In this document: one piece after another, positions 1 to 13,845 of the stretch
Position numbering within the stretch: the stretch's first letter is position 1
How the letters are laid out: each line of letters starts with the position of its first letter
Assembly (NCBI GenBank): GCA_965644295.1
Contig: CBFFRP010000426.1
Span: forward strand, 1-64,000
Reading direction: 5' to 3'
Source: Paraphysomonas bandaiensis
Lineage: Eukaryota > Protista > Chrysophyceae
Length of the DNA stretch: 64,000 nt
Translations under genes and position numbers: made by a program
The notes under the pieces: model-generated
Databases searched by the model: none
What the model was told of the DNA's origin: nothing
The model's input: the letters and a program-made list of their open reading frames with translations, nothing else

Positions 1-211
1 GCTTGGTGCTAGTGATCTTGGGTGCCAGCGGTATACCATTGCGCGGTGACTCTTCGCGGGAGTCACTAACTGAGTTTAGGTCTAAACTTGGAAAAAAGTG
101 TTTTAATAATAATACCGTTATTACTGTGCTTGTTGGTTCAGTGTAGGTGTTGTTGTAGTTTTATTGTTTACGAGCCAACACCCTGGTTATCAAACCGGGT
201 GTTGTTATACA
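1..211. mobile_element. Non-Copia sequence interrupting the 5' part of the left Copia; possibly the end of a nested LTR element
   Basis: The first ~40 codons of ORF 88..1827 are not Copia-like; Copia GAG-pre-integrase sequence (SKKSLRKMKGICKAC) starts at about 212. The segment ends ...GGGTGTTGTTATACA (CA terminus) and contains two hairpins (GTGACTC-n7-GAGTCAC near 46-66; AACACCC(T)GGTT-ATCA-AACCGGGTGTT near 177-203). Confidence 0.35.
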
Positions 212-3200
212 GCAAGAAGAGTTTACGAAAAATGAAAGGTATTTGTAAAGCTTGCGCAAAATCAAAGATGACAAGGAAATCATTCACCGCAAAGAGAGAT
301 GACGAACTGCAAGCTACAGAGTTCCTTGAGAAGGTTTCTGTGGACATTGCTGTATATTTCAATTGCCCATCCAGACAAGGATACAAATATGTTCTGACAT
401 TATCAGATATAGCCACAAAGGAGTTTTGGGAATATCCGTTGGAGACACGGTCTGCGAATGAGGTGTTGAGTTGCGTGAAGGACTGGGTTGAGCGTAAACT
501 CCCTACATATCCCGGTTCACACCGGTTGATACAGTACCATTCGGATGGGGGGGCTGAGTTGATCGACAAGTCCATTCAGCAATACTTAATGAGCAAGTTT
601 GGAACTAGCATCACTTGGAGCTCCACAGACAGCCCTGAGATGAATGGTGTATCTGAGCGTAGGAATCGAACATTGGGAGAAATGACTCTGGCTCTGTTAA
701 TGGACTCAGGATTACCCGTAATTTTTTGGTGGGATGCTTATGTATATGCATGCATGATAGTTCGACGAATGCCTACACGTACATATCGAGGTTGGATGTC
801 TCCAATGGAATGCGTCCCAGGAGGTTCAGTCCCTGACTTATCGAGATTTCGACGCTGGGGGTGCAAGGCTTATGTGCTTATTCCCAAAGGTGATCGTCGA
901 AAGGACTGGCAGGAGAAGTCGCAGACTGGGTATTTCATAGGTCTATCCAATACGAAAAAGGGATCCCGTGTGTGGCTTGGTGACAAAGAAGTCGTATCAG
1001 TACATGTTCTGTATGATGAAAGTATACCTCCAAGAGATAAGGAGTACTATGCAGAGCTTGAAGAGGCCTTAGTCAAAACTGACCCATTAGATCGATCAGT
1101 TGAAGAGTTTAAACATCTGATTGGTTCGTATCATGTGGACGACGGGTTTCTCTTCAAGACTACGAGAGTTGTGGTGCGAAAAGGACTAATTGTGGCGTTT
1201 AGGGCGCTAGTAACTGCTGGGAAAGAGCAGATAGAAGAAAAAGTCCCTATTCACGTACGTGATATTGCCGAGTTGACTGGTGACTATAACCGCAGGCTGT
1301 ACTCAAAACCTCGTTCTTGTGACGACAAGAGAGGTGGATCGTCATCTACGCCGGCTTCGGGTGACACGCCCAATAAGTCTACGGCGGATGAGATTCCAGG
1401 GAAGAGAATGTCCCTTCGTACTTTGCCGGAGAGTAGTGCGGGTGCTGTACCGAGTGGGGTCAGCGCGAATCGTGTCTTTGAGAATGTACCTTCTTGTGTG
1501 CCAAGTGAGAATAGTGGTACTGTACATGCTGAGTCAAGGGAGACCAGTGGTAAACGTACGCGAATCCGAAGGGTGTTGACTAATGTGTCCACCCTGGGTG
1601 AGGTAAACCTTCTCCATGACGAGGAGATTGTTAACTTGTGTGATGAGAGTGATTGCGCACTTATGTCTAACTCGTCTACTTATAGAGAGCCTGAGACGTA
1701 TGAAGAGTCATTGACATGTCCTGAAGCTTCAAATTGGAAGGAAGCTAGACGATTAGAGAACGGAATGCATTATTCAAGCGGGAAGTGTTTAATGTCGTTG
1801 AGACGCCACCTGGTGTTAGACCTCTAAAGTCCAGATATGTGTTCAAACGAAAATACAATAAAGATGGATCAATAAAAAAGCATAAAGCTCGTCTGGTCGC
1901 TCTGGGATATGGTCAAAGGACAGGTATAGACGTCGAAAATACATTTGCTCCTGTGGTGAAATCGATTACGGTTAGACTAATCATTGCCCTTGCTTTCATG
2001 TTTAGTATGCACATCCATCAACTTGACGTGTCGAATGCATTCTGTTATGCTAAAATCGAAGGAGACGTGTACATGGACCCTCCTCCCGATTTTCAGTTGC
2101 CACCAGGACACTGTTTCAAACTATATCGCTCACTATATGGCCTTCGGAGTTCTCCACGTTCATGGTGGAAGACCATACATGGATTTATAAAGTCTTTGGG
2201 ATTCAAACCCTGCATTTTAGAACCATGTCTATATTATATGATGTACAAAGGTCATCGTGTGTACTTAACCATATACGTTGATGATATAGTAATCGCTTGT
2301 GCGGATCTGACTATTTTGACAGAAATCAAGAAACGGTTTTGTGAAAGATTTGACATGTCAGACATGGGAGAATTAGAGCATTTTCTCAACGTTCGAGTTA
2401 CAAGGACCAAGAATTATATTCAACTTGACCAATCGACATACGCTGAAAAAATTCTCACCAAATATGCAGCATTCCTTGGACCTTCAAACAAAGTTCGCAA
2501 ATCCCCACTACCTGTAGATGCCATGGACAGGATTAATTGCACTGATAGTGAGAACTCATCTCAGGAGGAAGAGGGAGTCGACAATTATCCCTATCGTAGC
2601 TTACTAGGTGCCATGCTATATCTATCAATGAATACGCGTCCAGATATTGCGTATGCTGTTGGCCTATTGTCACGATATGCTTCGAAACCAACAAAGGCTA
2701 CATGCAAGTTGATGACTTATTTGTTACAATACATCAGGGGTACTGTGCGGAAAGGTATTCGGTTCAGTGGTAAGAGCTTTGACATGCATATTTTCACAGA
2801 CGCTGACTGGGCAGGCGATACTGTGTCACGAAGGTCGACAACTGGATACATTGTGTTTGCAGCAGGTGGACCACTCACCTGGCAATCAATCTTACAAGTT
2901 ACTGTGTCTACGTCTTCAATGCAGAGTGAGTACCAAGCTATGTACGCTGGCATGCAAGAACTGGTGTGGCTTCGGGGGGTGTTGGCCGAATTGGGACTTC
3001 GACTGTACGAACCCACTCCATTTTTTTAGATAGCCAGAGTGCTCGTGATCTAGCATTAAATCCAGTGTTCCACAAAAGATCAAAACACATTGAAATCAAA
3101 TACCACTGGGTGCGTGAACATGTAGATCCAGAAGGACGTTTTAACACTGCGATATTGTATCACGTTGGAACTGATAACCAGACTGCAGACATATTTACGA

Positions 3201-3316
3201 AATCTTTGTGTGGCGTTATATACGAGAAGCATAGAAAGAGATGTCTAGGAGAAGATCAGAAGTCATCTGTGGATGTCATCAGAGAGAATTCATACAAACG
3301 AAACAGAGGCTCATAA
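212..3316 (+). pseudogene. Copia pol, frameshifted
   Basis: Split over three frames (88..1827, 1785..3029, 2966..3316). An extra GA dinucleotide near 1755 (TTAGAGAACGG) and a T7 run near 3021-3027, where T8 would restore PTPFFLDSQS. Confidence 0.85.
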
Positions 3317-3443
3317 ACGTGTTGTCTACGGAGAGGCTAGCTGAAACGTCGGAGCCATACGTCCACCGGTTTGTCCTATACGGTTTCGGTGGTTGCGTAT
3401 CCGTCAGTTATGCCATGTGTTACAGCTTTGAATTGAGAGGGAG

Positions 3444-3763
3444 TGTTGAGTTTTGCTGTTTGTGAGCAATTAAAAGCTGTAGTTTCCAAGATATTAGAAT
3501 TATATCCGTTACTCAAAGAATACAGTAGTAGCTAGCTGTAGTATGAGAACCAATAATATGATAGCCATTGTAGTGATAAAACTGAAATATACTGACTGTA
3601 CAAGATAGTGACGATGTAAGATCGTACTAGAAATGGTTGGTGTAGTAGAGATAGAAAGAGTTGGTGAACGTCAATGAATGAAGTATGGTATCTCTTATAA
3701 TTATATAATATTCCATATAAGTGTTAACAAAGGTCTTATTACTAAAAATGTCTATTTCTAACA
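3444..3763 (+). repeat. 3' LTR of left Copia (about 320 bp)
   Basis: Starts TGTTGAG immediately after the PPT and most plausibly ends TCTAACA at 3763. The 5' LTR is not in the window, so the right boundary is unconfirmed. Confidence 0.7.
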
Positions 3764-4316
3764 AGAGGGACGATTCATGCGTAAAAGCATCAGTAAGTCT
3801 AAATAACGAGGAGTCATCTATAATAATCTTTTAGCTCTTCGGAATAATCTTTCAACCTTTTGAAAACTAATTAGTGTTTTACACAACCCTCAGAAATAGT
3901 AGCCGAGATGTGACTGAAGCCTGTTTTCGTAACAAATAAATATGTAACTAACAATGCATGGTGCGTATGTAATTTAAAGTAACAAGTAATACTCTTCTTC
4001 CTTCCTCCACAATCAATGATTCAGTGTTTGAAAACGAGACTTTTAATTTCTTGCTATATACTCTAAAAGAAAAATACAGAGCTATAAACTATAAACTCAA
4101 ACAGCACTGCTGAAATACTCCCAATAATATCTTGTTATAGTTAGTATGTAATACATAAATCCACCATAATTTTCACTATAATTAGACATACCCAAGTGAG
4201 ATACAACATTCGAAACATTAGCACAAATTAGTTAATAATTGGTTCCTTCATCCACTATCCACTTAAATAGAATAAAATATATTACTAAAAAAGAAAATTA
4301 GATCTACGTCGCAAAC

Positions 4317-5647
4317 CTACTGACGAGCATCACTATCCGACATTACATTTCTTACCATATCTAGCCCATTATAGAATACATCCAATACTGCCTTCCTCGA
4401 TTCGTACATGTCATAATAACCTATCACTTCGTCGATTGACTCCAATGCATATGACTCGTTGGTTAGATCTCTTCTGGATATAGCAATTTGAATTTTGAAA
4501 GTACAGTCTCCTTTCGAAGCAGTAATTTCAAAAGTAGTATGTTCAATATGTAGGTTTTTCCGAGGAAGAACTATGCTAACATAATTATCTCTGCAGAAAG
4601 GAACGGCTAGCACTATAGTAAGGAGGAAAATTAAAACTCATGCCACGATTAGAAAACTACAATAATGGTAAGCATACTGCACATATCCCAATGCAAATTG
4701 CAACAAATATCACCTACCCAGGATTACACACCACCAATATATGACCACCTACCATTGGATGTGAGTAGTCGAACAGCAAATGCTTCATTTATTCCTATAT
4801 CTGCGGCCGCACCAGAATTCAGTTCTTCATACGATAAGTGACTCCTCAATGCTACCCCAACGTCCCGGACGTTAGCGGCATCTTTGAGTAGTGTTTCTAC
4901 CGTGGCAATCAATGGAGCAAGTGCATCTCCAATGCTAGTCATTTGTTGACTCAATGTTGTCATCACTGACTGGTGTGTTGCTGATAATAATGAAAAGTAT
5001 ATCATAGAAGTTAACAATGTTGCAACGTACGTACCCAGTGCTGCACTACTGACAGCTTTTTCCACTTGTTGTTTGACGTACACTACAACCAGTACCTTAT
5101 CGCTCACACCCATGGACATATTTAATGCTAAGTCTAAATATTGAAAATTTTTTTTTGCCCATTTCATTAAGGCTTTCGGAGAATCCTCAAAGAACCTCCA
5201 GTTGTCAACGGGGTAAGCATGATATGGAATATTCATTGGTAAAGTTAATACCAAGAATCCTCCAGGCTTGACTGCAGTAGCAAGGCGCAAAAAACTTTCC
5301 CAAAAAAAGTCATCGTGTTCGAATGCACTGGAAGATACCATTATATCAACAGCACCCTCAGGAAATGGCCACTGGAAGACACCGTCTTCATTTTCAGGAT
5401 CAAGAACAACATCAACATTGGGACCATACGATATATCCGCTCCTATATAGATGTAATTCCTCTGATGAAAGCTACTCATAGCAATAGCATCACGACAGTT
5501 TCCATTAACATCAAATGATCCGAAATCAACTATCACTATACCACTGTCCTCATTGAGATATGATCGAGACTGAGGGAAGAGTGGCAGTATACTCCGATCG
5601 AATACCGTAAATAGAGAATAAATAAAGGAGAAATCTCCAAAATGCAT
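4317..5647 (-). CDS. Class I SAM-dependent methyltransferase (type 11-like) with C-terminal extension; spliced
   Basis: ORF 4724..5647 has VDFGSFDVNG, YIGADISYGPNVDVV, VSSSAFEHDDFFW, VKPGGFL and YHAYPVDNWRF. ORF 4317..4613 is probably a downstream exon; exon structure not fully resolved. Confidence 0.75.
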
Positions 5648-5687
5648 TGGGCTTTAATGTGAGATAAGTGAAGAGATTTATGTATTA

Positions 5688-5711
5688 TCAAGCAATGTGT
5701 ACGCATATACA

Positions 5712-5742
<31 letters not shown>

Positions 5743-5804
5743 CATACATACATACATACATTAGATTCCCACACTTCTGTTCAAGCAATGTGTACGCATA
5801 TACA

Positions 5805-5835
<31 letters not shown>

Positions 5836-5945
5836 CATACATACATACATACATACATACATACATACATACATACATACATACATACATACATACATAC
5901 ATTAGATTCCCACACTTCTGTTCAAGCAATGTGTACGCATATACA

Positions 5946-5976
<31 letters not shown>

Positions 5977-6228
5977 CATACATACATACATACATACATA
6001 CATACATACATACATACATACATACATACATACATACATACATACATACATACATACATACATACATACATACATACATACATACATACATACATACATA
6101 CATACATACATACATACATACATACATACATACATACATACATACATACGTACGTACATACATACATACATACATACATACATACATACATACATACATA
6201 CATACATACATACATACATACATACATA
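5688..6228. repeat. Compound repeat: (TACA)n tracts of about 12, 24 and 70 units separated by an identical 45-bp linker
   Basis: Linker TTAGATTCCCACACTTCTGTTCAAGCAATGTGTACGCATATACAT occurs at 5761-5805 and 5902-5946; its last 25 bp also occur at 5688-5712. Confidence 0.95.
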
Positions 6229-6329
6229 GCTGTACAGTTTGTAGTCCATGTCTAGAAGAGTTCGTCGTCTTCTGGATGGGTATGTGGAGTTGTTCCAGCC
6301 GAATCTAGGCATCATTCACCTGTATCGCC

Positions 6330-8120
<1,791 letters not shown>

Positions 8121-8989
8121 ATTATAGATAATAAGAAATATATATATCGTCACTACTGAGATGTAGCAGTGTAAGTGGTTATCACCCATACGCTACTTTT
8201 GTATAATAAACAAAGAGGTAGTTTATAGTATGTATTCTCTCTGTGGATTACTCATACTAAATTCGCGTGTGGTAAAAGCACATCCATTGATTGTTGATAA
8301 TATTAATACTAACTCTAATTACAGTTAGTGGTAAGATAAAAGAAGCAATATTATACTTTAGACACCTCATGTACTACCGCATTGACGATTATGTGAATAT
8401 CACAATTATTTATAACTGTAAGATGATTGCCACGCTATTGGTATTCATAGCAAATACAGAATTCAGAATTCTGCAGTGCAACTGCACTGTGGTACATAGA
8501 CACCCGGACATGTATTATGTATACCAGGTCTACTTACATACATAATTGTTCCCACTTCCACTGGTGTCGGGACTGCTTGTGCATTGCTGTGAACACCACG
8601 TTGTAACCATCCCGTATATGTATAACATAACATAACGTATGGGATGACTGCAACATGGTGCTCGCAGCAATGCAAAAGGCAATCCCAACGCTAGTAGAAG
8701 TGGTATGGTTGCACCATAGTGCTCGAATAATTATAAAATCACTATTTACGACAACGAAACACACCAGTAAAAATCAGACCTTCAGGAGTAAGCTGTTCTT
8801 CTCCATATGATTGTGGTTTACCTCCATCTAAACCTCTCTAAATGAGACAACAGCACCACTATCCTAGCATGATGGCCCACTTAGCTTGTCACATCATCAA
8901 AATCACACCCACGCAGAGATGAGTGGACAATTCCTGATACCACGCACATCACCATACTATCATTATCTCCAGTATACTCCAGTATACAC

Positions 8990-9107
8990 ATACATACATA
9001 CATACATACATACATACATACATACATACATACATACATACATACATACATACATACATACATACATACATACATACATACATACATACATACATACATA
9101 CATACAT
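8990..9107. repeat. (TACA)n microsatellite
   Basis: Perfect tetranucleotide run. Confidence 0.97.
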
Positions 9108-9353
9108 AAATATGTATGTGAGGCATCTTGGAACAAAAATATACAAAGGATGCCAATAGGAATACGCTGCTGGATAGCAGTCGACCAACTGGCTCATTTT
9201 TCACTTGGGTCGTAACATATACATATATATACACTCTGTGTGTGATATTCCTTTACATATATATCATTACACAGCACAGTGTCCATATAACATCAACTCG
9301 TATATTATTTCTATTACAATTATTAAATACAAGTTATTATTTTTATCATAATA

Positions 9354-9599
9354 ATGCGTCCTATTGTACGTGATTTATATAAGCGTATTATATTAGTTGG
9401 AAGGGATTATCCAGGTGGTCTAGACACTGTAAGAAGAAAAGCCAAAGAGGCTATATATGCTAATGCTGAACTAACTGATGAACTTGAGATAAAGAAGGCT
9501 GTTAATTGGGGTCGTAGTTCTGTTCGAGATATGATTGGAGTTATTCAGATGAAGAAATACAGATCAATGAAGTCACGATATGGTGGTGAGAATGAATAG
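9354..9599 (+). CDS. LYR-motif protein (LYRM5/ETFRF1-like)
   Basis: 81 aa; VRDLYKRIILVGRDYP near the N-terminus and KKYRSMKSRY at the C-terminus match the LYRM5 pattern. Confidence 0.8.
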   Translation: MRPIVRDLYKRIILVGRDYPGGLDTVRRKAKEAIYANAELTDELEIKKAVNWGRSSVRDMIGVIQMKKYRSMKSRYGGENE

Positions 9600-9859
9600 G
9601 CCCGACATATACATATATATATATGATTGAACACACAGTATGGGTTTATTCCGTATAGATATATTCGTAGACTTGTATATATCCTTTTCTTGAAGTCAAG
9701 TGTCGAAATCATATTAATTTATTGTAGTAGCAGAATGCTATGGTGTATTATATCTTGCATCATAAACTACGATTAAGCAAGATGTTTTATTCATGGCAAG
9801 ACGTTTTTATGAATGCTTTAAACATAGCTCTTGAATGTACTATGTTGTACAATGAATGT

Positions 9860-10402
9860 AATGGGTATAATATGTTGTACACTTATATTCTCTCGTTGAG
9901 CCGAGTGCATGCAAGAGGCTCATCTTGTACTGAGAGACAATAGTGCATGACGTGTATTGGTTGTGTGATGGGTATAATATGTTGTACAGTTCTACTACTG
10001 CTACGTGTGTTAGCTGAGTGAATATAGTATGCTCAGGCAGTATTGGCTGTGTGATGGGTATATGTTGTATATTGTTATGCTACACTTATATTCTCTCGTT
10101 GAGCCGAGTGCATGCAAGAGGCTCATGTTGTACTGAGAGACAATAGCGCATGACGTGTATTGGTTTTGTGATGGGTATCATATGTTGTACAGTAATACTG
10201 CTACTACGTGTGTTAGCTGAGTGAATATAGTATGCTCAGGCAGGGTGCATCGAGAGATAGTGTATACGTGTATTGGTTGTGTGATGGGTATATGTTGTAT
10301 ATTGTTATGCTACACTTATATTCTCTCGTTGAGCCGAGTGCATGCAAGAGGCTCATGTTGTACTGAGAGACAATAGTGCATGACGTGTATTGGTTGTGTG
10401 AT
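9860..10402. repeat. Tandem repeat, about 2.5 units of 203-230 bp with internal sub-repeats
   Basis: TACACTTATATTCTCTCGTTGAGCCGAGTGCATGCAAGAGGCTCAT recurs at 9878, 10081 and 10311; GTATTGG(T/C)T(G/T)TGTGATGG recurs about 5 times. Confidence 0.9.
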
Positions 10403-10843
10403 GGCAATGGGGTGAACTACAGTTCAATTGAGTGAGAAAGTGATAAATATTCATGGACTTAGTGTGTGTTGTTCATACAGTGAAAGGAAAGTTATATGAT
10501 GTAATGTGTTCATGGTCGTACGTAAGTTGTATATTTAAATCACAAGTGGCTAGAAACAATGTAGCTACAAGTAGGGCAATGACTGCCGGCAACTACACCT
10601 ATTTCGCTCATCGTGAGGATCAATGGGTTGACAGTGATAGTATGAGGGCAGATAACGTGGTTGCTGGTAAGCAAAAAGGCGCTTCTGTTACATCCTATGA
10701 GACTTAAAATTGTAATAAATTGTTGTCTCTAACCCTAATACCACAAATAGAATAGTTTCTTTAACATTTCTACTTAAATACTTTAAATACTCCTAAATTT
10801 CCCAAATTATCGTAAAATTCCCACGTTTGCATAATGTTTACTT

Positions 10844-10896
10844 ATTGTCTTCAAGTGACATACTGAATATACTAGAATAAGATCCATATTCTAATA
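10844..10896 (-). repeat. Fragment of the Copia LTR family seen at 53185 and 60172
   Basis: ATTGTCTTCAAGTGACATACTGAATATACTAGAATAAGATCCATATTCTAATA is nearly identical to 53439-53490. Confidence 0.8.
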
Positions 10897-11170
10897 CAGT
10901 AAATGAATACAGTGCTATACTTGGTCTGCTATGTTTTGAGCTACTTTAGTCAACTATACTTAGGATCCAGATAAAAGTGTAGTCAGTGGACCTTGCAGAC
11001 TATGGTTTAAACATAGTAGCAAGTTTAAGAGAATATTTTAATGAGTGCCGTGCTACAATGTTTCTCGACAGCAACAAATACAGAACATCAAAAATCATAT
11101 CATGCCGCCCCACAATGAGAAATGTATATAGTACTATCCGTAGTAAATGTCTGTTTTTTTAGCAATATCC

Positions 11171-11360
11171 TATTAGAATATTCTAGTATATTCAGTGCGT
11201 CACATGAAGGCAATGTACGAGAAGACAGTGAAATGTGGTGGTGTACAAATTACAAACGCTGTGATGATATTGAAACTGAAATAGCTAGTTAGATCTTTCA
11301 AGATATGTTTAGTAACGGGAGGTTCACATATGTAGCAGATTATGCGTGGAGCAAAATGAC
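11171..11360 (+). repeat. Degraded LTR of the same Copia family
   Basis: Begins TATTAGAATA and contains CTAGTATATTCAG, CAATGTACGAGAA, AACTGAAATAG and TCTTTCAAGATATGTTTAGTA, matching the reverse complement of 53185-53490 and 60172-60464. Confidence 0.8.
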
Positions 11361-11886
11361 AACACTAACACTTCATAAGGAGAGCGATATAAGATAGATA
11401 TATCAAGCTTCGAAGGATAGCTACCAAAATTATATAGCTAGTAGGGTAACTAGAAAAATAAAATTCGAACTGTAAAACAAACATCTCTCATCCTTCATTG
11501 CCATTCACTAAATCTATACCACCACTACTACTACCAAGCAATATATATTATTAAATCTTAGATAGTCACGATCCTCTATAGCAGTCAAGGTACTTCACTT
11601 TCACTAACATAGAGCACCTATCACCTATCATATTATTAATTCACAAAGTACTGCTTTTAACTGTACTCTTCTATTAGCACTCATAACTCTAATTCGATGG
11701 TTGTGTCAAGCACAATTTTAATAAATGCGCACAGAAGGAACGATGAAATCGACTCAGTGGTTCGGGTCCATTTTTCTACAGGTGCCTAATTTCTCCAACT
11801 CGCTCGCCGAGAGGTAGGGTCCAAAGGTGCGAGACTGCGGACACTGGTTCTCATTCCCGGCCCGACTTCTCTTTCGTAACTGCCGC

Positions 11887-13493
11887 TCACTCGACAGACC
11901 AAACGGGAACGCAGCCTCCCTGAAACTTCCACCCATCGACCTCGCCCCCCCCCTGTGCAGTATCACTGCCTCTCTTCGCCGCACCTGCATCTTCGGCACG
12001 GAATTCCCAGTCATCACACCCTTCTTCGTTAAATACAATGGTCTGAGCTGTCTCCCACTCCATCAGAGATGACATTTGGTCCTTTGAGATTTCCATCAAA
12101 CATGCGAGAATTCGGATGACTATATCACGAGTGTTGTAGACTCTATGTTCAATGTAATGGACTCCTTTGGTGAGAGGTTTGTCGTTATCATCGGGTGCAA
12201 CGAACCACACCAAGGACCCTACAACGACGTTCAGCACCATTCCCCGCACGATGTGGGCATTCCCCTCTGCGGCCAGGGCCAGGTTACTGGCGATGACCTG
12301 CTCTCGAGGACCCATACCATTCCCGTGCTCAATCCCAGCAGTCTTCTTAGTTTCGAAGTGTGATATATTCTCTGTCGACTGCTGAGAAAATAGATTGAAC
12401 ATGAGGTCTACCTTTGCAGATACAGGGATGACAGGACGATTACTTAGGATCACATCAGTGGGTTTCAATCCAATGAGGGAAGCATACTCATCACGACTGA
12501 CATCTAGATCAATTGACCATGTCTTGTTGTTTATCGTAATGGATCCCGGTAACCTTAAATCCTCTATCATACCTTCAAGGAATTTTTGTATCACTGACTG
12601 AGTGTAAAGAACATCATGTGCGATGTTCGAAAGCGTTAAACAATACATCATAGCACATCTGATATCTTCCAAAATATTTGACCATACATCAATAAAACTC
12701 GATTGTTGTAAAACAATGACGTTTGTATAGTATTTTCTAAGTCTTTAAATATGAGTTGTTTTACATGAAGTTTGTGTTGTGTATGTGATAACATGTTCAC
12801 ATTAAACACACTAGCTGTCAATACTCCAGGGATAGGAAATGCATCTATACTGGAGAACATGTTGTTGTGCATATTAGACTGCTGCTCTGTAGTCAGTATA
12901 GTATCTTTAAACTGAGAGCGCACTTGATCGAATTGTGCCTCATTAAGACAATGAAGAAAGTGGTCACTATTAATGAATAGTCTGGCAAAAAACCTCTTTC
13001 TGTTTGAATCTAATTCAACCCTGCGTTTTTCTTCTTCTAAATCCTGTTCCATCTTCTCAAGTTCACGAAATCTTGCTTCATTTTCACGACTTCTTGCTTC
13101 ATTTTCACGTCTTCTTTTTTCATTTTCACGTCTTCTTTTTTCATTTTCACGTCTCATCTTGTCAGTTTCCTCTTTCATCTTGTCAGTTTCCTCTCTCATC
13201 TTGTCAGTTTCCTCTTTCATCTTGTCAGTTTCCTCTCTCATCTTGTCAGTTTCAAGTCGATACAATTCAATAGCTTTATGTCTATCTTCTTCAATTTTTT
13301 GTTTAATTCTTTTACTTACCCGACTCATACTTTCATTCATACATTGATGATAATAATTAACAGCCTGAAGTCTTTCTTCTTCAGTATTACATTCCAACTT
13401 TTCAATTTCAAGATCATATATCTGTTTTATTTCTTCACATGCACGTTCAACATACTTTTCAGTATCAATGAAATATTCATTTTCAAAATCCAT
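11887..13493 (-). pseudogene. Coiled-coil protein with a putative PD-(D/E)xK nuclease-like C-terminal domain, split by a frameshift
   Basis: ORF 12648..13493 (heptad repeats ETDKMRE/ENEKRRR) overlaps ORF 11887..12672, whose frame is open upstream (LQQSSFIDVWSNILEDIR). The C-terminal part has SAKVDLMF...SHFETKK...REQVIA. Confidence 0.45.
13072..13253 (-). repeat. 21-bp coding tandem repeats (heptads)
   Basis: TCATCTTGTCAGTTTC x5 and TCATTTTCACG x4, each at a 21-bp period. Confidence 0.9.
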
Positions 13494-13625
13494 AATATAA
13501 ATATATAGAGAATATATATATGGTTAGATATGATGAACTTTGATTCACTTCGACTTTAAAGATCATGGACCTCGATATGCATAGAACAAACACTTCGTAT
13601 TACTTTGCAACAACAGTCATCACCA

Positions 13626-13845
13626 CATACGTACATACATGCATACATACATACATACATACATGCATACATACATACATACATACATACATACATACAT
13701 ACATACATACATACATACATACATACATACATACATACATACATACATACATACATACATACATACATACATACATACATACATACATACATACATACAT
13801 ACATACATACATACATACATACATACATACATACATACATACATA
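13626..13845. repeat. (TACA)n microsatellite abutting the pogo-like element
   Basis: Near-perfect tetranucleotide run ending at the TA immediately before the left TIR. Confidence 0.97.

Larger units (their letters stand above)
212..3763 (+). mobile_element. Ty1/Copia LTR retrotransposon, 5' disrupted (integrase-RT-RNase H, PPT, 3' LTR)
   Basis: Domain order is IN-RT-RH. Integrase motifs VDIA/HSDGGAE/PEMNGVSER; RT motifs HKARLVALG, QLDVSNAF, LYGLRSSPR, YVDD; RNase H motifs TDADWAG, RSKHIEIKYHWVRE, TADIFTK. PPT ATTGAGAGGGAG at 3432-3443. Confidence 0.95.

Noticed and set aside
3015-3030. Programmed -1 frameshift within Copia RNase H (also about 60965-60972)
   Set aside because: The two elements shift at different sites, each a homopolymer one base short (T7, G5). 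Mutation or long-read indel error is simpler, and Copia RNase H is normally in frame with RT.
5536-6315. Many ORFs reading YIHT/MYVC (also 8881-9234 and 13556-13995)
   Set aside because: They are translations of the stop-free (TACA)n microsatellite, not genes.
8463-8970. Possible small spliced gene on the minus strand
   Set aside because: Short ORFs with no recognisable motif and no consistent exon chain.
9860-10402. CRISPR-like repeat-spacer appearance (also 5688-6228)
   Set aside because: Spacers are themselves repeated or are microsatellite, there are no cas genes, and the context is eukaryotic.
10729-10739. CTAACCCTAA telomere-like motif
   Set aside because: Single occurrence, not an array.
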